Positions 38,023 to 51,115 of a stretch of DNA of 64,000 bases are shown here, piece by piece. This DNA comes from Paraspadella gotoi (taxonomy: Eukaryota > Animalia > Chaetognatha). The notes beneath the pieces are model-generated. The model did not search any database and was not told the origin of the DNA. It worked only from the letters and a program-made list of their open reading frames with translations. Positions within the stretch are counted from its first letter, which is position 1; each line of letters opens with the position of its first letter. Where the stretch lies: assembly GCA_051294375.1 (NCBI GenBank), contig CM119263.1:11695130-11759129 (forward strand), in the 5' to 3' direction. A program made the translations under genes and the position numbers.

Positions 38023-40670
38023 GCCTGACTAGGCTCGTCAGATAGCACCACCATGAGATATCGACTTTGTCAGCTCAGATTGGATACACCTATTATCACC
38101 ATAGTTGATTTTGGGTCGATAGCAGTATATATAAGTATTGAAAATAATAAGTATTATATAAGTTTAATAAGTATTGAAAAAGTAAGTATATAAAAACTAA
38201 CAAAAAAAATAACCTAGTAGTGCAAGTTGAGAGAAAGAATGTACGATCGTGGGTAAAGGGTAAGAACCGAAAATAAACGTACAGATAAAGGTTAGGCAAT
38301 GATGGGAGTAAGTGAGCTTTAAAAAAAAAAGCAGAACGAGGAGCGATCACCGAGAGAAAAGGGAGGTAAGGCGAGGTGAGGTGGGAGGCGAATCGCGTCG
38401 CCGGGAAGGCTGCAGACTTGAAAAAAGGATCAGAGATGAGATCGCGGGATCAGATTCGGGTCTGAGAAAAGGATTGGGGTCAAGGAAAAGCCAGGCGTTG
38501 CACGGCCGGTCGGTGAGGAGATGGCGATGGATTACTCGCTCGGGAGATGAGGTAACAGTTTTTGTCTCGGTGACAGAGATTTCTCGGCAGCCAATTTGGC
38601 GGAGCGAATTCCAAAGATCGTGATAAACCAGTTGAGTTAGGTAAAGAATTCGATTTAGTAACTTTATGTTTTTTTAAGTTTTTACAGGTTAAATTAGTTT
38701 CGTAAATAGAATTCCCCGCCACATTTGTAAAATAATATTACATTTAATTATATGTACTTTCGTAGTCAATTATAAAAACGTTTCTAACGGAGAGCGTGCT
38801 AACTGACAGTTCTCGGTGCCCAATTAAGCTGAAGTGGAGACTGATGGAGATTTCCTCGTCACGATCATCCCTAGAAAAGCCGTGAAGAGTCGTCGATGTC
38901 TCAGGACCCTCGTTAATTGGTTAGCATTCACCGTCGCCCCAACCAGTCTCACAGCCTCTCCATCCATTTCTTTCCTCCCAACTCCTCCCACACGCCCCCT
39001 CTGCATCTTTACCCTCCCCATCCATAACTCATAATTTCACGCGCCTGGATTCTCCACGCGTCCACCTCCTTCGACGAGACTTCTTTCACTCTTCCTCTTT
39101 TTTTTCTTTTATCGAGACTTACCAGCGGCCGAGACTCTATTAGACAATCACCGACAGGATTGAATAGAAATATAGTTTCAATTTTTTTTTTCTAAGACTA
39201 AATATAATTATTCCTACCTTATTAGGAGTTATTAAAAAAAAAAAAGATAATAATTCAATATTGAAAAAAAACTTTCTTTTCCTTTTGAGTCTATGGCGCA
39301 TTGCTCGCCGTTTTTTTTTTCTTTCGACCTTCGCTTCTTATCTCTTTCCTCACCTTCAGCCACAAACTTTCCTCCTCCCCATTTCCTCGTCCTTCAAATC
39401 ACCCTTCCTCCTTTTTTTCTTCTTCTCTCTTTTACCCCTCTGCTATCCGCCCTTGGACTTTTATTCCTTACGTAAGCCGGTACGTCTAATGGTATAATGA
39501 GTGCATTTTCTTATTTTTGTCACAATACCTGTTATCCTGACTTAAGTCTCGGTGTCTTTAAGTTTCCCTTTATCGCCCGAGGATCACAGTGCGCGACTCG
39601 TGGCTGCGCATGGATCAGCGTAATCTAAAGCGCGTGCGCGTGATTAATAAAACTGCGCAGTAAAAAATGCTTACCGCTCGCAGATAGTTGTATATAACTC
39701 GCCTCTTTTTTTTTTTTTCCTAATTTCTTTTTTTCTAGCTTAATACCTCTCTCTTTCTCATTTACTCTCATCCGTCTCTCCTCCTGAAATCCCTGTATCT
39801 TCATCAATCATATATCCTCATTCTCTCATAGAATCCGTCAGTCCTCTTCTCTTCTCTCTCTGCAATTATCCTGTAAAGTTAACACCTTAAATCTAAAAAG
39901 ACTTCTTTTTTTTTCAATTTTTTGTTTTTTCTGAGTTCGGGGTTCCATTTATTCTCCCCGATTGCCCGGTAATTTCAAGGTGCCATAGTTATTTCTCCGT
40001 CTATTTATAACAAAAAAAATCTTGTCAACCGACTTCCACATCTCCTCAACACACTAAAAAAGTATTTTTAAAATAAGATTTCTTAGCATCAAACTCTACT
40101 TCTTTTAAGATCCCCAAAACTGTCCTATAGTTCCGCGTCGCTTCTCCCGTAATCTCAGAAAAGAAAAGAGAAAGCGCGCCCGGCGCGGAGAGCCAAGTCT
40201 CGGCGACGTTCGTCGCAATTTGCGTTTTTGACGTTAACGTCGTCTTTTCTCGTAAATTCCTCGCTTTTTGACAAACGGTGCATATTCCTCCTAGGTACCT
40301 GTAATCTCTCTCTCTCCTGCTTTCTCTATGCTCTGCTCTCTCTCGCTCTCTCTACCTCTCTCTCGTCCTCTCTCCGTCCTCCTCTCGCTGCTCTCTATTC
40401 CATGCTCCCGCTCTCGATCTTTTTTCATTTTTTACCCTCTTGCGCTCTATTCTCTCCACTCTGTCTCAAGCTCCGCTGCTCCTGTTCTTCCCTTGCTACT
40501 TTCTCGTCGATAGCGTACTTGCGTCTCTCTCCTTCCCCCTCTCTTCTCTCGCTCGCTCTGCTCTCTCTTATGTTTTTTACCCTCCATGCTGACTCATCTA
40601 CTTTTCCCCTCACATCGTCACTTTAGCTCCCTCCTTTTGCGGCTACTCCTCTCTCTCTCCTCTACTCTTT

Positions 40671-40702
<32 letters not shown>

Positions 40703-41537
40703 CTCTCTCTCTCTTCTCTCTCTTCTATTCCCTCATATCTCTATTCTCTCTCTCTCTCTCGAGCTCTCTGCCCCCTCCCCTTTTCACTTTACCCGTTTGG
40801 CAATGACGTCCTTTTGTTGTTTTTTTCAGTTTTACTATTTGGCGTTTTCCTTATTTTACTTTTCTTCTCTTTATTTCTTTGGCAACATATCAGCCTGTAG
40901 GTTTACTTTTCATCCTCTGCTTGTTGAATTAAGTTGTTCACAAATTTATCTACTATCACTACTCACTAGTATTTCTTAATTGTGCTATTTTTAATGTCTT
41001 TTTCCTCGCTTGAAAATCCCTTTCAACGTCGTCGTCGTTTTTTACAAATTAGAGTTTTTAGTCATTTTTAACGCGAAAACGCAGCGCAACTTCTATTTCA
41101 TTTATTTTGTTTTTTCATATGAAAAAAAGATTTTGAAAATAGCGCAATATATCTGTTTTTTTTTTAATAACCTCTCTGACCTCATATTGTCTTTGTTGTT
41201 CAAAGGGAACAAGAGTAAATGCAGATTAATGTCAGACGTTTGCGGAATATAAATGTGGTCGACTTTTGGCAATATCCCAGCAGGAACGAGAGTGAGACCC
41301 TTTTCCTTTCCATTCTAGTAAAAAAAGACCAACAAAATCTGGAAAAACGACAAGGCGACAACAGAACTTCGTTCAGGAATACGACCGGCTACTTTCTCCA
41401 CATTTTCTGCTTCAGAAACTAAAAGTCCTGAAAATATTCAAAGGTTTTTTTTTCTCGTCATCATCATCATCATCATCACAAAAATCCGACCACATAAAAA
41501 ACTTTGAAATTCAAATTTCCGCGCACTTTCTTTGTCG

Positions 41538-41568
<31 letters not shown>

Positions 41569-41671
41569 TTCATGGAGTTTACCTTTTTTGAGCGGAAAGG
41601 GAGCGGGGAAAAAAGCGGTTTAAAACAACAGAACCGGTAAAAAAATAACTAAGAGAAATATGAAATACGAA

Positions 41672-42284
41672 NNNNNNNNNNNNNNNNNNNNNNNNNNNNN
41701 NNNNNNNNNNNNNNNNNNNNNNNNNNNNNNNNNNNNNNNNNNNNNNNNNNNNNNNNNNNNNNNNNNNNNNNNNNNNNNNNNNNNNNNNNNNNNNNNNNNN
41801 NNNNNNNNNNNNNNNNNNNNNNNNNNNNNNNNNNNNNNNNNNNNNNNNNNNNNNNNNNNNNNNNNNNNNNNNNNNNNNNNNNNNNNNNNNNNNNNNNNNN
41901 NNNNNNNNNNNNNNNNNNNNNNNNNNNNNNNNNNNNNNNNNNNNNNNNNNNNNNNNNNNNNNNNNNNNNNNNNNNNNNNNNNNNNNNNNNNNNNNNNNNN
42001 NNNNNNNNNNNNNNNNNNNNNNNNNNNNNNNNNNNNNNNNNNNNNNNNNNNNNNNNNNNNNNNNNNNNNNNNNNNNNNNNNNNNNNNNNNNNNNNNNNNN
42101 NNNNNNNNNNNNNNNNNNNNNNNNNNNNNNNNNNNNNNNNNNNNNNNNNNNNNNNNNNNNNNNNNNNNNNNNNNNNNNNNNNNNNNNNNNNNNNNNNNNN
42201 NNNNNNNNNNNNNNNNNNNNNNNNNNNNNNNNNNNNNNNNNNNNNNNNNNNNNNNNNNNNNNNNNNNNNNNNNNNNNNNNNNNN
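41672..42284. other. Assembly gap (613 N)
   Basis: N run. Confidence 1.
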
Positions 42285-42941
42285 ATGTTTTGCCTTTTTT
42301 TTTTTTAGTGAAGCAAATTTAACGTTAAAAAAAAAAGAAAGGAGAAACCATCAACACGAAATTGTCGTGAGGAAATTCCTGGCGCCGTAAGCGGTGAACG
42401 AGTCTCCGTCGTCACGTATCTCCGGCGCCACAGGCGCCCTGTTCCCCTACGCGTCGTCACGGCAATGGATATTCTGCGAACGCCGGCGGCGGAGAACGAA
42501 TAGAAATAGAAACAAACCATCTCGCGACGCCGAAGTTTGCCGGATCTCCGAAACGACTTCAATCTCACGTACTATCGTTAACGGATCCCAAAACGCCTCA
42601 AAACGAACTTCCCTTTGTAATATTGATAATTTAAAAATCACCTGCGGCGTCGAACGCGACGCAATAACAACGGTACAGACGTCGTTGTGGCGAGGGAACG
42701 CTTTCGAAAATATATGATTCGTTGCCATAGCAACGGAACTTCGAGTGGTAACGGGAGCGGTTGACGCGTCGCCTCCGCGAGGGAGCTCCTTTTGGCACCA
42801 GTGGCGGCAGACGAGACGCCCCGCTCGTTCGAGGAAGGTGCGTCCCGGTTTTTATTGGATGACGTCCAGGAAGGAGGGAAACACTTTTTTTTCTTCTTTG
42901 TTGTTTGATGATGAGAAGAAGGAAAGAGAAAGTCAAAGTGG

Positions 42942-42994
<53 letters not shown>

Positions 42995-44180
42995 GAGTGA
43001 GAGAGAAAGTTTTAAAAAAAACGGTTAATCGGCCAGTGATTTATTTATGGAGTATTTAAAATTTTACATTATGTATTTTACATTTAAGGTGTGACCAAAA
43101 GTCAGGCTGTAAACTTAACTTTAGTCATTCGTGTGATAAATTTGTCCCTATAGCAATTATCTTTCAATTTAGCATTTATTTTTAGTATTTTTTAGAAAAT
43201 CTGGATAGGGCGCCGAAACGTATCCCCACTTCTTTTTTAGCGCCTGTTGTTAATGCGAAAACCGCGCGGATCGCTGCAACCTCGTCCTTGGTCGTTGAGC
43301 GAATCCCATAACAAAAGAACACGCCCGAGTTAAAAAACTCTCACCTCACGTTTACTCCTCCTTTGAAACCCCAGTTGGACGCCGCACTGGAGAAGCTTTT
43401 TAAATAGGAAGAAAAGAAAACTTAACAAACTAAGAAAGTAAAGTAAGACTTGCATTTCTAAAAGACCTGAAGAAGGTTTCTAAAAAAAAAAAACATTTTC
43501 CCTTTTTATGAACGCGGGGAAACTTGGGGAGAGCTAATCTAATCTCCTTTTACTCAGACATTTCTCAGATTCGGAATTCGTTTTTTATTTTCTCTTTGCG
43601 AAGTAGAGAGAGAGAGGAAAAAAATGTTTGGCTCTCTGTGCCACTTTGAAAAAAAAAAGTTGGGAGTTGACGTCTTGGCTGAGATTTCTTTTTTTTTTAT
43701 CTTGTGATGTTTCCTTGGTGGTCGTTGTTGTTGTTATTGTCATCGTTGTTTGTGCCCTGTCTTCCTTGTTCTCTTCTCCCCTTTTTTTGTCTCTTCCTTT
43801 TGTTGCCGTTTTGTTTTGGGTTTATCATTTGTTATTTTGATCCGTAGGCGAATTCAAAGTGTTATAAAACCAGGAAAAAAATATAACTTTTTGATTTCTT
43901 TGGGTAGAAAATTTCATTTTAAAATATTTTCACATAGCTTTTTTCACCACTAACGAAAAAATAATATATAAACTATTATTTAAATTTAAATAACACCAAA
44001 AATTTATATTTAGTCTAATTTTACTATACGTAGATTAAACAATTTTTAGCGGTTTAATGAAACAAGAACCGCTGGTTCTGAATTGAACAATTAATTTCTC
44101 ACTAATGTAAACATCAATCCCTTCTTCTCCTCACAGACTTGAATCCTGTTCGAGCTTAGTTCCTCCTTTCCATCCCCGCC

Positions 44181-45659
44181 TCATCTTCGAAAGGCGACCG
44201 ACCGACCAGCGCTTCCGGTTTGGGGATAATAACCGGAAGTTAAGAATTGGGCGTCGCCGATCGTCGCCTGCGCCTCGCGTTTATTCTTGGCTCCGCTAAA
44301 GAGTCCTTTCGCTTTGGTGACAAAGTCGAGGCTTTTGTTTGTGCTTTTCTCTCCGCCTCCGTTCCTTCTGCCGCTCCTTCCCTTACTCCTTCCGCCGCGT
44401 CCACAGCCGCTACCTTCGCCGTTCCCTCTTCCTTCGAGAGATCTCATCCAAAACACCTCTTCCTCATCTCCCCGCCTCTGGTTCTGGTTATCGTCCCCTT
44501 CGCCCCCCATCACATCCTTTTTCGTCTCAGAAGTCATCAGCTCCCGCCGCTGCAGCAGCGTCTGCTTCAGCGTGGGGATGTCCGTGTTCTCCAGGTCGTC
44601 GTCGTGAACGCGCAGGACTGAGAGGAGAGAAGTCTGGAGGCGGTTCTTAGGGTGACTCAAGAAGTCGCCGGAAAGGTCTTTGAAGAGGTCAGAAGTGAGG
44701 TCGTCGTAGAGCTGGAATCAGGGAAGCGGAATTAAATCGGAAACAAGGAAGAAAGTTAAACGACAAATAAACGGAGGCGGAAAGATAGAGGAAAAAAATG
44801 ACTGGGAGACATACTGACATACTGACATACTGACCTTGTTGTACAACTGGACGAAACACTGGAGCTTGAGATCGTTCATGGAGGTGCAGAACTCTTCAGG
44901 CCACTTGGCCATCGCCGCGCGTAGGTCTTCGTCGTTGGAGCCGAAGTCATCGCCATCCGTGGACAGTTTGGCTCCGCCGAAGGGGAGCACCTACAATTTT
45001 AATCCAACAAAAATCTTTGAAATCTCTTTAATTTAGATCAGGTTAAAAAAAAAAAAAAAAAAAAATATTCTCCACATCTCGTTCTTTTTCTCTCACCCGA
45101 CTCCCTCCCGCTCGGTCTCCTTGCCCAGCGGCTCCAGCAGCTCCCGGGCCGCCTTTTTTCCGGCAGCACATGCAGCAGTTTGTCTTCGGTGGCGGTGCTT
45201 CAGGTGTTGCAGCTTCGGCATGGAAGGCGGCCTCGTTAGCTTTTTTGTTGACGTTTATTTCGGCGTCTGCGTCGTCGTTGTTGTTATTCTTCGAAACTAT
45301 TTTTCCCCGAGGTTGAGATTCCAAAACGGCGCAGCATCTGCCAGCTTTTATAAACTTGGATTTCGCTCCCAACAATTTTTGCGCGATGTCGAACTGAGAA
45401 GAGGAAGCGAAGGATTAGGCAATGACCAAACAACTATCTACCGAAGGACCAGCTAAACTAAACTTAATCGTCTCTTGATTCTAATTAGATATATTTTTTA
45501 AAATAACGAAAATAGGGGAGTGACCCGACCAAAGAATCTTCAACCTTAACCTGACTTCTAACTCGCCACCCAAAAGCATTTCCCTCGCAACCCATGGACG
45601 CTAACCTCGTATCTTCCTCCAAAGTGTTTCGTGATCAAAAACTCCAGATGAGAATCCAT
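44181..45659 (-). CDS. Hypothetical 345-aa protein (gene Z); exons 45659-45606, 45393-45097, 44990-44835, 44711-44181
   Basis: [18 protein letters not shown]|FDIAQKLLG...CCMCCRKK...|VLPFGG...LYNK|[10 protein letters not shown]...AFRR*. All four exons are multiples of 3 with GT-AG phase-0 junctions. Confidence 0.75.
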
Positions 45660-45687
45660 TATAGGCTCTGAAATCTCGGGAGAGAGG

Positions 45688-45817
<130 letters not shown>

Positions 45818-46515
45818 AAGAGTGGATTTCGTTTCAAAACTTTGAAGAAAAGTAGTTGTCGGTTTCTATTCCTCGTTTTTACGCTCGAGGGATTATTCGT
45901 TTCGACGCTTCTTTTCCGCGTCGATGGGGAGGAGTTAGCGTTTTCTCTTTTAAAACTTGATGACATTTGCTTCCTCTTTCGATAATTTATATATTTAATG
46001 AATATTTAAAGCATTTCAATTCTTAGCAGTTATTCATAACTTTTTAATCCATCGACTGGATCTAGTACGAATAAAAACTTATCGAAAAATTCGTGCATCT
46101 TTCGACCATCATCATTATTGGTCGTGACCATCCAGTACAAAAACCCCCATCGGGATTCGGTGCACGCTCAATGCACCAAGTTTTGCGCGGGTAAATGGAG
46201 TTTGTTTAAGGGGGGGTGGGGCACGCGCGTCTTACGCCGCGCCGCCTAAGAATATCGATGAAGACCCCAGCGACTACGATATTTTTTGGGCAGTTACGGA
46301 GCGGAGAAAAAATTCCAAATTCGAGTAGGGATAACCCGGAAAGAAACGGAAAAAATTAGGCCGGATTTACCGAAAAAAATTGTCAACTCTTGCAAGTAAA
46401 AATATAAAATGTGGCAGATTTGCCTTTTTTTGCGACTGACAAAAAAAAAAGGTGACGACGATGTCGAAGTAGAACAGAAGATGAATGATCATCACCTTGA
46501 TTCTGACAGAAATGA

Positions 46516-46525
46516 NNNNNNNNNN
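46516..46525. other. Assembly gap (10 N)
   Basis: N run. Confidence 1.
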
Positions 46526-46852
46526 GCTAAACTACTGTTTAAGATTCTTTAGCGCAAGAGAAGAGGCTGTGAGAAGAGTTTCAAGGATAAAGTAGAATCT
46601 CGGGACTCATAGGCAAGGAAATCATTCGCCGCCAGATTTTCTTTCACTCAGTGATGTGAGGAAACCGTGAATCGCTCCTTCGTGAAAAACCTGCTGTGAT
46701 TTATGACTCAACGCCGTTGCAAAAAAGTAAACAGTCAAATGAGACGGACGGAATTTGAATTGATTATCAGCATAAGTGCCAGAGGTGGAGAAGAGATAAA
46801 AGGAAGAGGTGGTGAGCGGAGACGAGACGAGGGCGTAAGAGCGAGGGAGCAG

Positions 46853-46891
<39 letters not shown>

Positions 46892-47402
46892 AGAGAGAGA
46901 GAGAGAGAGAGAAGATAGGGGAAATGCTGGCACTCGTGCCTCTTCCAACATCCAAACCTTCATTACTTTTTATCGCATTTTTATTCCCACAGATGAATAT
47001 TTTCATGGAGTAGATACTACCATTAGTCATCTCTCTGCATAATAAACGACTCGTGCTCTGATTAAAGCAAAGGGGAATATAGTTTTTTTGTTTTTTGTTT
47101 GTTTCATTAGTTTTTTTCGTTTCGGTTGTTTATTACTTTCGGCTTGATGTTAAGCGAATTCTTATTATTTACTAATAAATCTAATGAATGTCATAAAACA
47201 AAAAAATATAACATACGTATTTATTTCCATACATTTTTGTCCGCGAATGAGATACTTTAATCAATATCCCATTGTCCGTTCATTTTTCTTTCCATCGAAA
47301 TAAGTTTCTAGTTTCGCTCCAAATTTAAATTTTCGCGTTTTCATCATTCTTTCTTCCATAACTCCAGTCACAGGCGTTCGCAATATTCACGTCGAGATGC
47401 CT

Positions 47403-47494
<92 letters not shown>

Positions 47495-47880
47495 CGTTAT
47501 CCCTCCCCATTCGTCGGCGGTTTCCATCCTTTTCGAGCCAGAACACAATTTATTTCCCTTGCTCCAAAATTGAAGATTGAAACTTGGCGAGAATTCGCAT
47601 TAAATTACGTTCATGGAGAATAAAAATCGAAAAATCGAGAAAGAATAATGGAAGGGGGGCGGAGAGAGGGGGTGTAGGCAGGGACGGAGGGGGGCGGTGG
47701 AAGAAATAATCGATCCCGTTGTCAGCTCCTATAGCGAAACCTAGTAATTCGCTGTGACTTCCCCGACGTAGCGATGAGATAGCCCCCTAACGTTTGTTTT
47801 GTCTAACATTTTATTTTATTGAATATTTTTTTTTTAAATTTAAGATTTGAATTTTAATATTTAACTTAAATATTTATCAG

Positions 47881-48006
47881 GAGAACGGAATCTCGTCTCC
47901 GACGGCTCTCACGACGACGACGGCCAATTCGACGAAGCAGGCGACGACGCCCGCAAAACGAAACTCCAATCAAAACAAAGCGTCGCGAGGAAACAGTTTT
48001 GGAGGG
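47881..48006 (+). CDS. AFDN: Probable afadin linker exon
   Basis: tatcag|ENGISSPTALTTTTANSTKQATTPAKRNSNQNKASRGNSFGG|gtaatt. GC-rich, 126 nt, phase 0-0; the sequence itself is not conserved. Confidence 0.6.
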
Positions 48007-49100
48007 GTAATTGTCCCGCGGGGGCTGGGGTTGGGCGGTGACCCGGATGTTCGAACCGTCTGCTCAGCAGATTTTAATTTTTGATTTACAATCTTCATGA
48101 CCTTCTAGCCTAAAAATTAGAGGGAGGCACAATTCGAATAGAAATTTCTTCATTTATGAGCGTTTGAAGTTCTCGAGGAAGAAGAATTTTTTCCTTTTAT
48201 TCTTTTTTACCAAAGATATTTTAGGGTTCAAGTTCAAAGATCGCTTATTAATGGCCGAAACATTCCGGCATGAATTGCTTTCTTAAATAAATTTGTTTTA
48301 AATAGTTTACTCACTAATAAAATGTAACAAAAAACTTTAAAAAGTTGCTAGCATTCCATTCATATAGTCAAAGATTGATGACTTGTTCTCTTGCGAATTG
48401 ACTCCTTTTTTTCAATCGCTCAGTCCAATCTTTTTCTTCATCAATTATTCCCGAGCAGTCAAGATTAGAAGACTTTGTGATTCTTACAGACTCACTCAAA
48501 AAAGATTTTTTTTAAAAAAACTTTCATCAACTAAGTTTTTTTTCCTTTTTTTTTAAGTGAAAGATTAAAAGACAGAGATTGATGAAGTGAAAAAAAGGTC
48601 GACCGAAACTAGAAAATAATGAGTAATGACTGAAGAGCCATGAGACTTGGAAAAAAGAATTTTTTCATGAACGCACGTCTCAAAAAGCGAATTTAGTGAA
48701 AAATCTTTTTGATTTTCTTTCCAGAAATTGTGATCTTTCGATTCCATGGCGAAGTTGTCAGAGATGGAATCTCAAAAATTTTGAATTGAGAAATCGAAAA
48801 TGAGTTTTGCGTTGAAATGTGACTGAGCTTCGTGACTCCATTAAGAAATCGCCACATGCGTGATTGAAATATGGAAAGATGAAGAATTCCTGATACTATT
48901 TTATTCTCGAAAAACCTTTTTTTTCCCCTCATTTCCAGCAATTTCTTGTTTTATTCCACGCATTTTATTTCGCTCACTCAAGATTCACAGAAAATAAGAG
49001 ATGTCCGCCAATTCAAGCGTTCATTTTAATTTAAACTCATTTCCATTCTTACCCATTTTAACCTCGGCCTTACCAAACCATACCCTACCCAACTCTCCAG

Positions 49101-49266
49101 ACAACGTCTCCCAGCAACTTGGCAGAACAGCTCTACAAGGAACTCCCCGAGACTAGCTTCACGCGCAGCATCTCCAACCCGGAGGCGATCATGCGGCGGC
49201 GACGGCAGCTCAAGCTGGAAAAGAAGCTGCAGCAGTTCAGGAGCAGCGACGGGAGTCCGGACAAAG
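49101..49266 (+). CDS. AFDN: Afadin exon (ETSFTRSISNPE..RRRRQ.KLEKK), ending at a GC donor
   Basis: LAEQLYKELPETSFTRSISNPEAIMRRRRQLKLEKKLQQFRSSDGSPDK, a strongly conserved afadin segment. Donor AAG|GCGAG. Confidence 0.93.
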
Positions 49267-49895
49267 GCGAGGCAGGGGAGGGATGAAGAGAAAGAAAGAC
49301 ATTGAAGTAGAAAATATGAGGGAAAGAAAGAGCGAGAAAGATTAGACTATCGCATAAACGGGAAACGATTTCCGACGTGTCACGTTCTTCGGAACTTCCT
49401 TTTTTTTTCAGGACGTTCACGCTCAAGATTAAGAAAATTGTGTCTTTTCCCCTTCATCTAATAAAACCTATTTATATCTTCCTTGCATATGATACATAAA
49501 ACATATCGATTAACAAAGAAAAAATATCAAACGCGTCTCTTAATTTTTTATCGCTTGAAAAAAAAAAGGGAAAATACAAAAGGCAATAAAGCATATTAAA
49601 TATTTACAATAAGAAAACCCGGATGGTCGATTTAGTGTCTGATGGTTGAAAACTTACTTTGACAGTTATGATTAATAAGAATTCGTAAAAAAAAGTCGTG
49701 AAAGCATAAAGAATACCTGTCATACGACATTTTTCTACCTACCTACCTGCCCTCTAAACCATTAAACCCTCTCAACTTGGGCCCCACTTTTTTTCCCTCT
49801 TCAAATTTCTGCCCTATTTTTTGCAGGCCGTACTTCATCGTTTCTTAATTAAGCCCATTTCGTCCTAATCGCTACTTTTATGCCGATACTTTTCT

Positions 49896-49992
<97 letters not shown>

Positions 49993-50957
49993 GCTCTCTC
50001 TCCCAACAACCCTCGCCCTACGATTCGCGAAATCACTTTTCGCCGAAATCTGCCAGCGGGGACGTTTCCTCGCATTAGTCGCGTCCGCTATCATCTGACT
50101 CACCCGTCGCTCTTTTTGATATCATCTGTCTCACCCGTCCGTCTTCTCGGCGTCAGTTTGGTCGTCGTTCGGAAACGTCCCCTTTCATTCGTTTAGTTTT
50201 TCTTCTCTTCCCCGGCTTGTGTGTATCGCGCTCCATCGGTTTAGTCCTCAGTCAAACACCTTTCAATCGGACTGTTTTTTATTGTTGTTGTTTTCGTTTT
50301 GACGCTTCACCATTATAAGAGATGTCGAGTTGACATTGACTAGTCATAAATTTTATACCTGTGTTATTTCATGGTCTCATATGACGAATTCACTCTTGTC
50401 TTTAGCGTTCGTAGCAACTGATAAAAATGATTGGTTAGAGAGTTTGGGACATTTATTGGTATCAATTATTAATTAATAGTCCCAGATCCCAGATTCCCGA
50501 AATAGTCTCTTCCCAGCTCCCTCTATTTCGGTGCTCCACGTGTCTCATCCCTCCATCAGTTTTTATTACCTCATCAGTTGCATTTCCCGTTCTTTCCTCT
50601 TTTCTCTTCTCTACGCACCCTGTCTTGCCTATTGACATTTGCCTTTTCTCTGTTCTCATTTCGTTCTCAGCCGAAACGCTTCATCCATCTAATTTGGCTG
50701 TACTCAGAGCATTTATGACGAGGTTCCCGTCTGTCCACTGTCCAGTGTCCGTAGGTGCCTATCTTTTCAATTCTACATACGATATTTCTTTTCACCAACC
50801 TCAATAAGTTTGCCGAATTCGTTATTTACTTATTAGAAAATAAAGGTTTCATACTTTTAAAGACTTTCTGGTCGCCCGGCATTACATGACGACGCTTTCA
50901 ATTGATTCCACCCATTCTCTCAAAGTTAAACTCCCATAACGAATCAAATCTTTTCAG

Positions 50958-51115
50958 GCGGCACCCTCAAGATCTTCGGCGAGTCGCTCAGCCCCGACGT
51001 CCCATATCGAACCCTCCTGCTCGCCGTCGACGACACCGCCTCCTTCGTCATCCGCGAGACGCTTGAGAAATACGGAAAGGAAAGGGCCGACCCCGACGAC
51101 TACTGCCTGGTGCAG
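50958..51115 (+). CDS. AFDN: Afadin exon, RA2 N-part
   Basis: GGTLKIFGESLSPDVPYRTLLLAVDDTASFVIRETLEKYGKERADPDDYCLVQ; tttcag| ... |gtcagt. Confidence 0.95.

Larger units (their letters stand above)
26204..43038. repeat. Large inverted duplication (left arm ~26204-36843, right arm 36869-43038) centred on a 25-N gap
   Basis: Reverse-complement matches: 36899-37690 to 36060-36810, 37700-39100 to 33020-34520, 39100-39450 to 29900-30255, 40750-41650 to 27740-28770, 42300-43038 to 26204-27260. Both arms are indel-noisy. Confidence 0.92.

Noticed and set aside
41660-42322. 220-aa ORF
   Set aside because: Spans the N gap.
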